From Spirochaetales bacterium (GTDB taxonomy: Bacteria > Spirochaetota > Spirochaetia > DSM-27196 > SLAA01): 64,000 nucleotides of DNA. Below, piece by piece: positions 1 to 8,870 of the stretch (its first letter is position 1; every line of letters begins with the position of its first letter). The notes beneath the pieces are model-generated. The model was given only the letters and a program-made list of their open reading frames with translations, was not told where the DNA came from and made no database searches. The DNA lies in the NCBI GenBank assembly GCA_007127105.1, contig SLAA01000010.1, positions 11,447 through 75,446 on the forward strand, read 5' to 3'. The translations under genes were made by a program, and so were the position numbers.

Positions 1-81
1 AATCACCTGGTACTTGTCGTCCAGAACGCCGCACAGCATCTTGGTCGCGCCCATATCAAAGCCAATCAGGTAACTGTCCAT
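1..81 (-). CDS. N-terminal 27 codons of an ASKHA/ROK-type sugar kinase gene running out of the left edge
   Basis: ATG at 79-81 on the minus strand. Translation MDSYLIGFDMGATKMLCGVLDDKYQVI resembles the phosphate-1 motif (I-G-x-D-x-G-x-T-K) at the N-terminus of ROK glucokinases. Absent from the ORF track because it is truncated by the window edge. Confidence 0.4.
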   Translation of the reverse strand, partial: MDSYLIGFDMGATKMLCGVLDDKYQVI

Positions 82-212
82 TGTTATCCTCGCATTCCTT
101 CAGGTTTTGGGACCTTCCACCAATATAGCCGCGATTATTCGTTCCGGGAACAGCTTCGCGTCGCTTCTTGCCTCTCCAAGGCTTTTGGGTTAGGGTTTGA
201 TGTGGATAAGCT

Positions 213-1178
213 ATGAACAACACCTTACGCGCTCCTACACGCGGAGTCATTATTGGGCGATTCATGCCACCCCACCTGGGGCATAGGTATCTGGTAGGCT
301 TTGCCCGAGAGTTCGTCGAGCACTTGACGGTGCTCGTATGCACTCTGCACGATGAGCCGATTCCGGGCAGGCTCAGGTATGAGTGGATGCAGGCCATGTT
401 CTGCGATGTAGAGATCATCCACGTTACTGAAGAGATACCGGAAGCCAACCGCCACAATCCAAACTCCTACAGAATCTGGGCGGATTTTATTCGCAAGATT
501 ATTCCCGACCCCATAGACTACGTTTTTGCCTCGGAACAGTACGGCTTCAAACTTGCCTCGGAACTGGCTGCGGAGTTTGTGCCGGTAGATCCGGGACGCA
601 GCAACTTCCCGGTATCCGCAACCGAGATTCGCAAAAACCCGTTCACTAACTGGGCCTATTTGCCAAACCTTGTAAAACCGTATTTTGCCCGACGTGTGGC
701 CTGCATCTCGCAGCAGATTGGAGTTCCCGGGGTAGACTCACATCCAGCGCGTGCGCTTGCTCAACACTATCACACGGTCTGTGTCTCGGATGCGCTGGAA
801 CGCTGGATGACCCTGCGGGACAAGCCGCGAACCGCAGACGACCTTCGCTTGGTAGTGAAGAGTCAGGCGGCGGCAACCGCGGCTCTGTTACCGTTGTGTA
901 ACCGGGTCTTGTTCGCTGAAGCCGACTGTGTGACCTTACAGGCTCGTCTGCACCTTGAACTGGACCTTGCGGGGCATAGCCACTCAGAGCCCTCAAACCT
1001 GTATGTCCTTCACTTTGATTCAACGCACTCGGCTGAGTTCCGCCAGTACCTCGACGAGCTTACCGCTATCCTTGAGGAGCAGAGCCTCCCCTATATTGTC
1101 ACAAGCGAACATGATCCGCACAAGGACCCACAGGTGGTGGCAGCAATCGAAGACCTTTTTGGATACAAGGTAGAGTAG
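213..1178 (+). CDS. NadR-type nicotinamide-nucleotide adenylyltransferase-like protein with a degenerate C-terminal kinase-like half
   Basis: 321-aa ORF. N-terminal nucleotidyltransferase signature GRFMPPHLGH (HxGH). The C-terminal half aligns by eye with the NadR ribosylnicotinamide-kinase region, but the Walker-A position reads SQQIGVPGVDSH, with no GxxxxGK[ST]. Confidence 0.6.
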   Translation: MNNTLRAPTRGVIIGRFMPPHLGHRYLVGFAREFVEHLTVLVCTLHDEPIPGRLRYEWMQAMFCDVEIIHVTEEIPEANRHNPNSYRIWADFIRKIIPDPIDYVFASEQYGFKLASELAAEFVPVDPGRSNFPVSATEIRKNPFTNWAYLPNLVKPYFARRVACISQQIGVPGVDSHPARALAQHYHTVCVSDALERWMTLRDKPRTADDLRLVVKSQAAATAALLPLCNRVLFAEADCVTLQARLHLELDLAGHSHSEPSNLYVLHFDSTHSAEFRQYLDELTAILEEQSLPYIVTSEHDPHKDPQVVAAIEDLFGYKVE

Positions 1179-1185
1179 CTCTGAT

Positions 1186-2457
1186 CTACGGTCGAATGCG
1201 CTTCCGGTCTCGAGGAAAGAGTGAGGCTTCCTTCACGTTCGTCAGACCAAGAATCTTCTGCGTCAACCGCTCAAGACCAATAGCAAAACCACCATGCGGT
1301 GGGCAACCGTAGCGAAAGATCTGCGCGTAGTCGGCCAGCCCTTCCTCGGTAAGTCCAAACTTTGGTAGCGCGTCCAGCAACATGTCGTACTCGTTAATGC
1401 GACGTCCGCCGGTGGTTATCTCCAGCCCACGGAACAGCAGATCAAAACTGCTGGTCTTCTGCCCGTCGGGATAGGCGTAGAATGGCCTCTTCTTCCGTGG
1501 AAAGGCGTTCACAAAAACTGCCTCAACTCCGTGAGTCTCCACGGCCCAGTCACACAGAACCCGCTCACCCTCGGGATTGATCTCGAACACCCGTCGCCCA
1601 AGTTTGGTGCTAATGATTTCTTTCGCCTCGTCGTGAGTTATTCGTGGAGTCTTGCGGATCTCTTCGGTGCTGGGTACGCGGGCATCATACTCGGTCAGAA
1701 TTCGAGCGCAGTCGCGCTCCACACAGCTGAACACATGCGCCAGTATCTCCACCTCAAGATCCATGAGATCATGCTCATCCTTGATGAAGGCGGTTTCTAC
1801 ATCAAGTGAAACATACTCGTTAAGGTGCCGCGGAGTATCGTGCTTCTCTGCCCTGTAAGCAGCGCCAATCTCAAAAACGCGTTCCATACCACTTGCCACC
1901 ATGGCTTGTTTGTAGAACTGAGGCGACTGGGCAAGGTAGACACGATTCTCAAAATACTCGACAGCAAATAGTCCGGTGCCGCCCTCGGTTCCGGTTCCTA
2001 TGAGTTTGCTCGACTTAATCTCGGTGAACTCCTGGCCACGCAAATACTCGGCAAAGGAGCTCAACAGACTTGACTGCAAATAAAAGATGTCCCGAATCTT
2101 TGGGTTGCGGAGCGAGATGACTCGCTGATCCAGCACGGCCTCAAGACCAACCTTGTCGGGGTCTCCATTTACCTGAAAGGGTAAATCCGGCGCGGCCGGT
2201 GCGAGCAGTTCGGTTTCCACCACGGCTACCTCATATCCACCGGGGGCCTTTTCATTTGCACGAACCTCGCCGCGCGCGGTAATGACCGACTCGTGGGTGA
2301 AGTCGGGCTTGTTGTCATAGACCAACTGCACTATGCCGGAGCGGTCCCGAAGAAGAACAAACGAGATAGCGCCGAGCTCACGTATTCTGTGTACCCAGCC
2401 GCTTACTTCTACCTGCTTTCCAGACTCAGCGGCGATATCGCGAGTAAGTGTTCTCAT
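1186..2457 (-). CDS. aspS: Aspartyl-tRNA synthetase, archaeal/AspRS2 type (probably non-discriminating)
   Basis: 423-aa ORF. Class IIb aaRS motifs present: LAQSPQFYKQ, FEIGAAYRAEKHDTPRHLNEY (motif 2 region), GGFAIGLERL (motif 3). Size is typical of the short archaeal-type AspRS. Its ATG overlaps the gatB stop (TAATG, 2455-2459). Confidence 0.85.
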   Translation of the reverse strand: MRTLTRDIAAESGKQVEVSGWVHRIRELGAISFVLLRDRSGIVQLVYDNKPDFTHESVITARGEVRANEKAPGGYEVAVVETELLAPAAPDLPFQVNGDPDKVGLEAVLDQRVISLRNPKIRDIFYLQSSLLSSFAEYLRGQEFTEIKSSKLIGTGTEGGTGLFAVEYFENRVYLAQSPQFYKQAMVASGMERVFEIGAAYRAEKHDTPRHLNEYVSLDVETAFIKDEHDLMDLEVEILAHVFSCVERDCARILTEYDARVPSTEEIRKTPRITHDEAKEIISTKLGRRVFEINPEGERVLCDWAVETHGVEAVFVNAFPRKKRPFYAYPDGQKTSSFDLLFRGLEITTGGRRINEYDMLLDALPKFGLTEEGLADYAQIFRYGCPPHGGFAIGLERLTQKILGLTNVKEASLFPRDRKRIRP

Positions 2458-4901
2458 TACTGATCCTCCATGATCCGCTGCACTTCAAGCTCGTCCTCGG
2501 ACCCAAGCTGGGCGACAATGAGACGCGTGAATGCAGACTCGGTTGTGAGTCGCCCCATAGGGATTGCGCCCTCACGCCACAACTCGTGGCTTGTGACATA
2601 GTCGGCAAAATCAACCATGGCTTCCTGTTGTGATGTACAGAAAAAGGACACTCCGTTTGCGGCGCCGTACTGCAGGGCAGCTCGGAGAGAGTAGGGCGTT
2701 TCTCGCACGCTGGCGGTCCCTGTGTCGTAGAGCTCAAGAACAAAGTAGCGCACGCCGTTCTTCATAAGCGTAATAAGGTGGTCACCACGCATACCCGGGA
2801 AGGCCTTCACAATGAAACACCGCGACATGGCGTTCTCCAAGGCAGTCTGTACCGCCTTGCGGTCGGTGGGCTCAACGCCAGCGGCGGGATAAATGGGAGC
2901 AGGCAGGTGTGCTGGGTTTGAGTCTCCTCCAATCTCGTTCCAGGTGCGAAATACACCAGCGCGAGCAGCGCCTTCCTCAACCCGTTCAAACTTCAAGTTG
3001 AGTGGGGCAAACTCCTGAGCTCCGTACACAACACCAACACCTGGCGCGCCGGAGGCTGCCCGTTTCACAGCTGCACTGATATTGGCTACCGCCTCACTCC
3101 GAGGCTTTGCACTCCCGCGCTCAGAGTCATTCGGGACCGACGAGGCGGTTAAGACAATGGGAATGCGAGCCTTACCGAAAAACCAGTACAGCAAGGACGC
3201 GGTGTACGACAGGGTGTCGGTACCGTGAGCGACCACTATTCCTGCTGCCTCGGAGTCCTCAATACGTCGGGCTATCTCGGAGATGAGCACCGCCCAGTCG
3301 GCCGGGGCAATTTCCTCACTCAAGAATGCGCCTAGTTGTATCTCTTCAAGACGGAGTTCAGCCGGAAGTCCGGTATCACCGGCAAACTCGGTTCGTAAGT
3401 CAAAGAGTTCTCCCGGGCCAATGAGCCCGTCCTCGCGTCTCACACCTGAAATGGCACCGCCAAAGGAAAGCACATGGATAACCTTGACCGCCAGACGTGA
3501 AGAGATAAGTTCTTGCAGCAGCTGCGGCTCAGCCCTTCCCGATGTTGCCTTCATGACCTGGCCCACCAGAAATCCAACCGGTTTAGCATCGCCAGCACGC
3601 ACCTGCTCAACCGCGTTCGGGTTTGCCTTCAACACCGCATCTATGTACTCCGAGAGCTCGGCAGGGTCAGTAATTTGCTCCCAGCCTTTTGCTTTAATGA
3701 TAGCTGCTGGAGAAGCGTCCGAGACAAAGACCTCTTCAAGAACTTGTTTTGCAATCTTGCCGTGTATACGCCCCTCGTCCAAAAGACGCAGCAACTCCGC
3801 GAATCGTTCCGGATTGAGGACCGAGCTTTCTATGCTTTCGCCGCGGCGATTCAGCAGTTTCTTAACATCGGAGGCAAGCCAACTCGCCGCAGACTGCGGA
3901 TCAGCACCCAACGCGATGGTGTGCTCAAAGAACTCGGCGGTGCTTCGTTCATCAATGAGAAACTCAGCCTGTAGCTCGGATAGCCCGTATTCGTCAATGA
4001 ATCGTGTGCGCCGGGCAGCAGGCAGCTCTACAAGGCCCTTTTCTACCTCCAGCAGAAAGGCGTCGTCGGTAATAAAGGGCGGCAGATCTGGCTCCGGGAA
4101 GTAGCGGTAGTCGTGTGCACTTTCCTTTGTGCGCATTGGTTCGCTCACATCTCGGTTCTCATTCCAGAGACGTGTTTCCTGCACTACAGTTCCGCCACGT
4201 TCAAGAATGTCCTTCTGACGCGATATCTCAAAATTGAGCGCCTTGCGTACAAAGCGCGAGCTGTTCAGGTTCTTAATCTCAACCTTATTGCCCAGTCCGC
4301 CACCAGAAAGGTTCACCGAGACGTTTGCATCACAGCGCATGGAGCCTTCTTCCATGTTCCCGTCACACACACCCAGGTAGCGAACCATTCGGCGAAACTG
4401 CTGCAGGAGCACCTCTGCTTCCTCGCCCACCTCTAAATCAGGCTCGGTTACAATCTCCAGCAGTGGAGTTCCGGCCCGGTTGTAGTCCAGCAGCGACATG
4501 TCGCCAGCATGAATCATTTTCCCGGCGTCTTCCTCAAGATGAACCTCGTGAATGCGAACGCGGCGCTTTTTCTTGTGGAACTCAATGTCAACAAAGCCGT
4601 CTCGTCCGAGCGGATGTTCGTACTGGCTTATCTGATAGTTCTTGGGCAGGTCCGGGTAGAAGTAGTTCTTGCGCTCAAAGACGCTGCGTGGTGACAGGGT
4701 ACAGTTCAAGGTGCGGGCAACCACATAGGCCATACGCATGGCTTCCTGATTAAGCACCGGAAGAACTCCCGGATAGCCCATACAAACCGGACAGATATTG
4801 CTGTTGGGCTCATCCCCAAATGCTGCTTTGCAGCCGCAAAAAATTTTGGTTTGAGTCGCGAGTTGAATATGAATCTCTAGACCAATGAACGACTGGTACA
4901 T
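2457..4901 (-). CDS. gatB: Asp/Glu-tRNA amidotransferase subunit B fused to a C-terminal asparaginase/GatD-like domain (814 aa)
   Basis: The ORF track gives 2457..5057. The conserved GatB N-terminus MYQSFIGLEIHIQL starts at 4901, preceded by GGAG and 10 nt after the gatA stop. Residues 1-470 are GatB (PVCMGYPGVLP, YRYFPEPDLPP, GFLVGQVMKATSGRAEP). Residues about 472-814 (nt 3488-2460) carry the asparaginase motifs VAHGTDTLSYTAS and PIVLTASS. No stop or linker lies between the modules. Confidence 0.88.
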   Translation of the reverse strand: MYQSFIGLEIHIQLATQTKIFCGCKAAFGDEPNSNICPVCMGYPGVLPVLNQEAMRMAYVVARTLNCTLSPRSVFERKNYFYPDLPKNYQISQYEHPLGRDGFVDIEFHKKKRRVRIHEVHLEEDAGKMIHAGDMSLLDYNRAGTPLLEIVTEPDLEVGEEAEVLLQQFRRMVRYLGVCDGNMEEGSMRCDANVSVNLSGGGLGNKVEIKNLNSSRFVRKALNFEISRQKDILERGGTVVQETRLWNENRDVSEPMRTKESAHDYRYFPEPDLPPFITDDAFLLEVEKGLVELPAARRTRFIDEYGLSELQAEFLIDERSTAEFFEHTIALGADPQSAASWLASDVKKLLNRRGESIESSVLNPERFAELLRLLDEGRIHGKIAKQVLEEVFVSDASPAAIIKAKGWEQITDPAELSEYIDAVLKANPNAVEQVRAGDAKPVGFLVGQVMKATSGRAEPQLLQELISSRLAVKVIHVLSFGGAISGVRREDGLIGPGELFDLRTEFAGDTGLPAELRLEEIQLGAFLSEEIAPADWAVLISEIARRIEDSEAAGIVVAHGTDTLSYTASLLYWFFGKARIPIVLTASSVPNDSERGSAKPRSEAVANISAAVKRAASGAPGVGVVYGAQEFAPLNLKFERVEEGAARAGVFRTWNEIGGDSNPAHLPAPIYPAAGVEPTDRKAVQTALENAMSRCFIVKAFPGMRGDHLITLMKNGVRYFVLELYDTGTASVRETPYSLRAALQYGAANGVSFFCTSQQEAMVDFADYVTSHELWREGAIPMGRLTTESAFTRLIVAQLGSEDELEVQRIMEDQ

Positions 4902-4911
4902 ATGCGGCTCC

Positions 4912-6423
4912 CTACTGTTCGCCCGCAGGCCGCTCATACCCCGGCGCAAGCTCAGGTTTGTACAGCGTAGCGTAATCTCGTGCCGCTGCAAGAAGACGAG
5001 GCTCGCCAAAAGCCGGTGCCAGCAGCTGCATTCCCACCGGCAGGCCTTTGGGTACACCGGCCGGAAAGCTCAAGGCCGGAATTCCCGCGAGATTGGCGCT
5101 GGCAGTAAATTTGTCTGCCTGCTTCTGCTCAAACGGACTCATGTCCTCACCACCATGCCGAAATGCCTGTCGAGGAAAAGTCGGGGTAAGGATCATATCG
5201 ACCTCGCCAAAGCTGGCCTCAAAGTCCGTGCGAATTGCGGTTCGAATCTTCTGGGCTCGAAGATAATACTGATCCTGAAAGCCACTTCGCAGAACATAGG
5301 TTCCGAGCAGTATCCGCAGCTTGACCTCCGCCCCAAAGCCCTGGTCGCGACTCAGTCGAACAAGCTCTTCCGGATTCTCCGCGTAGTCAGGCCTAAGACC
5401 GTAACGCACCCCGTTGTACCGTGCCAGGTTAGCGCTGGCCTCTGCTGTTGCAATGGTGTAATAGACCGGTGCCACGTACTCGAGCATGGACAGCGATACT
5501 TCCTTGACCTCGTATCCCAGAGAGCGGAAGCCCTCCAGACAGGTCTGGTAGGTCTCCGCGACCTCTGCGCTCAACTCAAGCTGCTCCGGTTTAAGGACGC
5601 CCAAACACGGACTCTTGCCACGATATCCAAGGGAGGCTACACCCGCGGCGTCAGCATCATGCGACGCTGAAGGGACAGGGTCCATTGAGGTCTGATCAAA
5701 AGGGTCTGCGCCCGAAATCACCTCATATACCGCCTGAAGCACATCAAGATCCGTAGATATGGCACCAATTACATCTAATGATGAAGCATAAGCAACTAAC
5801 CCAAACCGTGAGACTGTCCCGTAGGTTGGTTTAAGTCCGTACACACCACAAAACGACGCGGGTTGCCGCACCGAACCGCCGGTGTCAGAGCCAAGCGCAA
5901 ATGGAACCAGCCCTGCGGCCACCGCCGCAGCCGAGCCACCGCTGGAGCCTCCAACGACATAGTCTTCATTCCAGGGGTTTGTAGTGCTCCCGAGAGCCGA
6001 GTTGTCGGTGGAAGACCCCATGCCAAACTCGTCAAGGTTGGTCTTTCCAACAGGAACGGCACCGGCATCTATGAGACGCTGCACCGCGGTTGCATGATAG
6101 GGGCTGTTGAAGTTCTCAAGAATGCGGGAGCCACAGCTGAGCCGAAACCCGTCGACAGCAATATTGTCTTTGACACCAAAGGGTAGCCCTGCCAATACTG
6201 CATGTTTCTCCGCCGACGCTACCTCACCGGGAGCGTTGCCGAGATGTCTTGTGGGATTGAACTCAAGGAAGGAACCAATGCGCGCATCTCGCGCGCGAAC
6301 AGCCTTCTCGTAGGCATCTGGAGAGTTCTCCAGTACGTTTTTCCAGAATGTAAGCACGTTGACGACCTGTTTACAAGACGTTTGGTATGACGATGAACCG
6401 GTCTTCAAGTTCCTCGGCCGCAT
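4912..6423 (-). CDS. gatA: Asp/Glu-tRNA amidotransferase subunit A (amidase family)
   Basis: Amidase signature [36 protein letters not shown], plus FGVKDNI. The start is uncertain. The ATG at 6423 overlaps gatC by 53 nt. A GTG 13 nt after the gatC stop ([10 protein letters not shown]...) is an alternative. Confidence 0.88.
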   Translation of the reverse strand: MRPRNLKTGSSSYQTSCKQVVNVLTFWKNVLENSPDAYEKAVRARDARIGSFLEFNPTRHLGNAPGEVASAEKHAVLAGLPFGVKDNIAVDGFRLSCGSRILENFNSPYHATAVQRLIDAGAVPVGKTNLDEFGMGSSTDNSALGSTTNPWNEDYVVGGSSGGSAAAVAAGLVPFALGSDTGGSVRQPASFCGVYGLKPTYGTVSRFGLVAYASSLDVIGAISTDLDVLQAVYEVISGADPFDQTSMDPVPSASHDADAAGVASLGYRGKSPCLGVLKPEQLELSAEVAETYQTCLEGFRSLGYEVKEVSLSMLEYVAPVYYTIATAEASANLARYNGVRYGLRPDYAENPEELVRLSRDQGFGAEVKLRILLGTYVLRSGFQDQYYLRAQKIRTAIRTDFEASFGEVDMILTPTFPRQAFRHGGEDMSPFEQKQADKFTASANLAGIPALSFPAGVPKGLPVGMQLLAPAFGEPRLLAAARDYATLYKPELAPGYERPAGEQ

Positions 6424-6655
6424 CTAACAGAGTGTCCGAATGAGCACCAGGAATGTCTCGTCGCTCATCCACGCGTGCGCGGGAACGGCTCACCTGCATA
6501 TGGGTGGTAGGTTCCAGCCCGCTGACATCGAACTCACTCATCTTGGAGAAATAGGCCACCATCTGCTCTACCTGCAGCGCAAGCCGAGAAATTTCTTCCT
6601 CGGTTAACTGAATGTGTGCAAGGTCGGCGGTAACGTAAAGCTCCTGAGTGTTCAT
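6371..6655 (-). CDS. gatC: Asp/Glu-tRNA amidotransferase subunit C
   Basis: 94-aa ORF. Typical GatC sequence (LAHIQLTEEEISRLALQVEQMVAYFSKM...PTTH) and position directly upstream of gatA. Confidence 0.88.
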   Translation of the reverse strand: MNTQELYVTADLAHIQLTEEEISRLALQVEQMVAYFSKMSEFDVSGLEPTTHMQVSRSRARVDERRDIPGAHSDTLLDAAEELEDRFIVIPNVL

Positions 6656-6773
6656 ACCGGCCTCACTATTACATTCGCTCCCTTGGGTGTCAAGGCCGAC
6701 GGCGGCACGAACCCGGTTCTAGACGTATAAACACGAAGAACTGGGAGAACTCAATTGCGGGCATATGTGCTGT

Positions 6774-7139
6774 TTAGCTGAGTGCGGCATTCACTGCGGA
6801 GAGCAGGGTAGTTGCGTCAAAGGGTTTGCTGAGCACTTCCCGCGCGCCAAATTTCTGCACGAGTCGTTGGAAGGCATCGGTGTTCGTCGGCACCTTCCCG
6901 GATACCATGATAATGGGAAGCTCATTCCTCAGTGCGTGCGCATCTATCATGGTTTCAATCCCACCCTTGTCAGGCATGACGACATCAACAATGAGGAGAT
7001 CAAACACCTCTGACTCCACTATTTCCATCGCAGGCAGTCCACCAGAGGCTTCAACTACCTGGTGCCCGACATCCTGGAGAGAATCACGAACGAACTGTAG
7101 AAAGAGCTTATCGTCATCAACAACGAGGATCCGCGCCAT
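6774..7139 (-). CDS. Stand-alone response-regulator receiver (CheY-like) protein
   Basis: MARILVVDDD start at 7139; the ORF-track extension to 7229 has no homology. Has the acidic pocket DDD, the phospho-acceptor in LLIVDVVMPD, and the conserved SGK / KPF motifs. No output domain and no adjacent kinase. Confidence 0.8.
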   Translation of the reverse strand: MARILVVDDDKLFLQFVRDSLQDVGHQVVEASGGLPAMEIVESEVFDLLIVDVVMPDKGGIETMIDAHALRNELPIIMVSGKVPTNTDAFQRLVQKFGAREVLSKPFDATTLLSAVNAALS

Positions 7140-7263
7140 TTCATCTCCTTGGTAAACATGGAGTATATCGCGCGGGATCACTTGCCTGCAAGTCAATGCT
7201 ACATTTGGCCACCGCGCAGGGAGGCCCAAAATCGATGCTGGAAGGCTGGTACGGATAAAAGAT

Positions 7264-7292
7264 TTGACATCTCAATCACGATAGATTATGTT
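7264..7292 (+). promoter_or_regulatory. Candidate sigma-70 promoter for the glycoside-hydrolase gene
   Basis: TTGACA (7264-7269), 17-nt spacer, TATGTT (7287-7292), about 95 nt upstream of the ATG at 7386. Confidence 0.3.
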
Positions 7293-7385
7293 GCGAGATA
7301 ATCCTACGTTGGAAACGTATATTCGGCCGCGTTTTCACGTTTTCCGCACAGACGGAGCAATGTCGGCCGCTACCCTTGGAATACT

Positions 7386-8843
7386 ATGGCATACGCAGCA
7401 ACACAACTTCAGACTGACCCGACGCTAAAAAAAGAATTTCCGCTTGTTCATTTCTATGATCAAGACTTTGTCGATGTCTACGACCAGACCTGGGCCTGGA
7501 TAGGCGACAGCTGGCACAAAGGAACGACGCGCAACAAGCTCCAACCTCGGTATTTTAACCACACAGAGTCCGAGGTTATCAACCAGTTTGAGGCATGTTT
7601 TTCAACCTTTTTTCTGGTTTACAGCAATCGTGTTCACCCGGCGACACCACAGATCGACAACTTCTATCAGATGCAGGAGTCGAACGGTGCAATTCGTTGT
7701 GAATACAGCGTGAAAGACGGGAAGGCGGTACCCCAGAAAGACAACGCAGAGGCGGTTGGCCCACCCTTGTTCTCCTGGGCTGAGTACAACATGTACCACA
7801 AGATTGGCAACAAGAAACGCGTAAAGGAGGTCATGCCCTATCTGGAAGCCTATTTCGGGTGGCTGGAAGCGACCTTCAAAAAAGAAAACGGCCTGTATGC
7901 GGTACCACTGTCCGCCACCATGATGACAAACTCCCCACGGAAGGGGATGCGATATGCGGTTGACTTCAACACCCAGCAGGCAATGAACGCGCTCTACATG
8001 GCTGAACTTGGTGACATACTCAACGACAAAGAGGTGAGTTTCCGCTACAAACGGCAGTACTTCTCGCTCAAGTCACGCATTAACTCAATGATGTGGAACG
8101 AGGAAGACGGGATCTACTACGATTTAGACAAGAATGAGGAACAGGTAAAGGTTAAGACCATTGCCGCATTCTGGCCTCTCTTGGCTGAACTCCCAAACGA
8201 TGCCAAAGCAGAAGCTCTCATTTCACACTTGAGTAATCCTGAGACCTTTGGGGTAGAGCATCCATTTCCGTCGCTCGCCGCAGATGAGCCGGAGTTCAGC
8301 GAAAAGGGTGCAGGATTCCGTGGTTCGGTATACCCGCCCTTCACCTTCATGGTCATTAAGGGCCTTGAAAAGTACGCCCGCTTTGACCTTGCGCGCGAAT
8401 GTGCGATCCGGCATATGTACTACATCCTCGACACCCTGCATCCCGAAGGCAAGGACAAAGGCATGGTCTGGGAAGCCTACGCACCGCGCAAAGATGGTCC
8501 TGCACAATGGAGCGGAAAGAAAGACTATCCGCGACCCATGTTGCTTGCCTACGTAGGTCTGTCGACAATCACACTCATGATAGAGAATATTATCGGGCTC
8601 TTTGTCAGCTTGCCGCGAAAGACCGTGGACTGGATTGTCCCTACGCTCGAGATCATGGGCATTGAGAATCTTTCACTGCGTCGCAATATGATCACTATTC
8701 TTTCGAACAAAAGTGGTCGAGGCTGGGAGATTCGTCTGGAGTCAGAGAAACTCTATTACTTCACTATTGATATTCTTGGTAAGAAAAAGAAAACTCTCCC
8801 GATTCCTTCGGGTAAGTGTTCTATGCTCATAGACAAACTATAG
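7386..8843 (+). CDS. (alpha/alpha)6-barrel glycoside hydrolase, GH63/MGH1/trehalase-like
   Basis: 485-aa ORF. By eye it resembles the C-terminal catalytic region of GH63/GDE_C-type hydrolases (FWPLLAELP...HPFPSLAADEPEF...GSVYPPFTFMVIKGLEKY). The family assignment is not verified. Confidence 0.5.
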   Translation: MAYAATQLQTDPTLKKEFPLVHFYDQDFVDVYDQTWAWIGDSWHKGTTRNKLQPRYFNHTESEVINQFEACFSTFFLVYSNRVHPATPQIDNFYQMQESNGAIRCEYSVKDGKAVPQKDNAEAVGPPLFSWAEYNMYHKIGNKKRVKEVMPYLEAYFGWLEATFKKENGLYAVPLSATMMTNSPRKGMRYAVDFNTQQAMNALYMAELGDILNDKEVSFRYKRQYFSLKSRINSMMWNEEDGIYYDLDKNEEQVKVKTIAAFWPLLAELPNDAKAEALISHLSNPETFGVEHPFPSLAADEPEFSEKGAGFRGSVYPPFTFMVIKGLEKYARFDLARECAIRHMYYILDTLHPEGKDKGMVWEAYAPRKDGPAQWSGKKDYPRPMLLAYVGLSTITLMIENIIGLFVSLPRKTVDWIVPTLEIMGIENLSLRRNMITILSNKSGRGWEIRLESEKLYYFTIDILGKKKKTLPIPSGKCSMLIDKL

Positions 8844-8847
8844 TTCG

Positions 8848-8870
8848 TCCGGCGCCTATTCGGCGCCGGA
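8848..8870. terminator. GC-rich hairpin between convergent genes (possible bidirectional terminator)
   Basis: tccggcgcc / tattc / ggcgccgga gives a 9-bp perfect stem, followed by ctctttctcc on the plus strand. It overlaps the last codons of the Fe-S gene. Confidence 0.4.

Noticed and set aside
201-209. Perfect DnaA box TGTGGATAA 4 nt upstream of the NadR-like start codon.
   Set aside because: It is a single isolated 9-mer. About 0.5 perfect matches are expected by chance in 64 kb on two strands. There is no neighbouring box or AT-rich tract.
3283-4104. 273-aa plus-strand ORF (with a nested 153-aa ORF at 3513-3974).
   Set aside because: It lies entirely antisense to the conserved gatB-asparaginase gene. 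Its translation is Ser/Ala/Arg-rich low complexity with no motif, which is typical of a shadow ORF.
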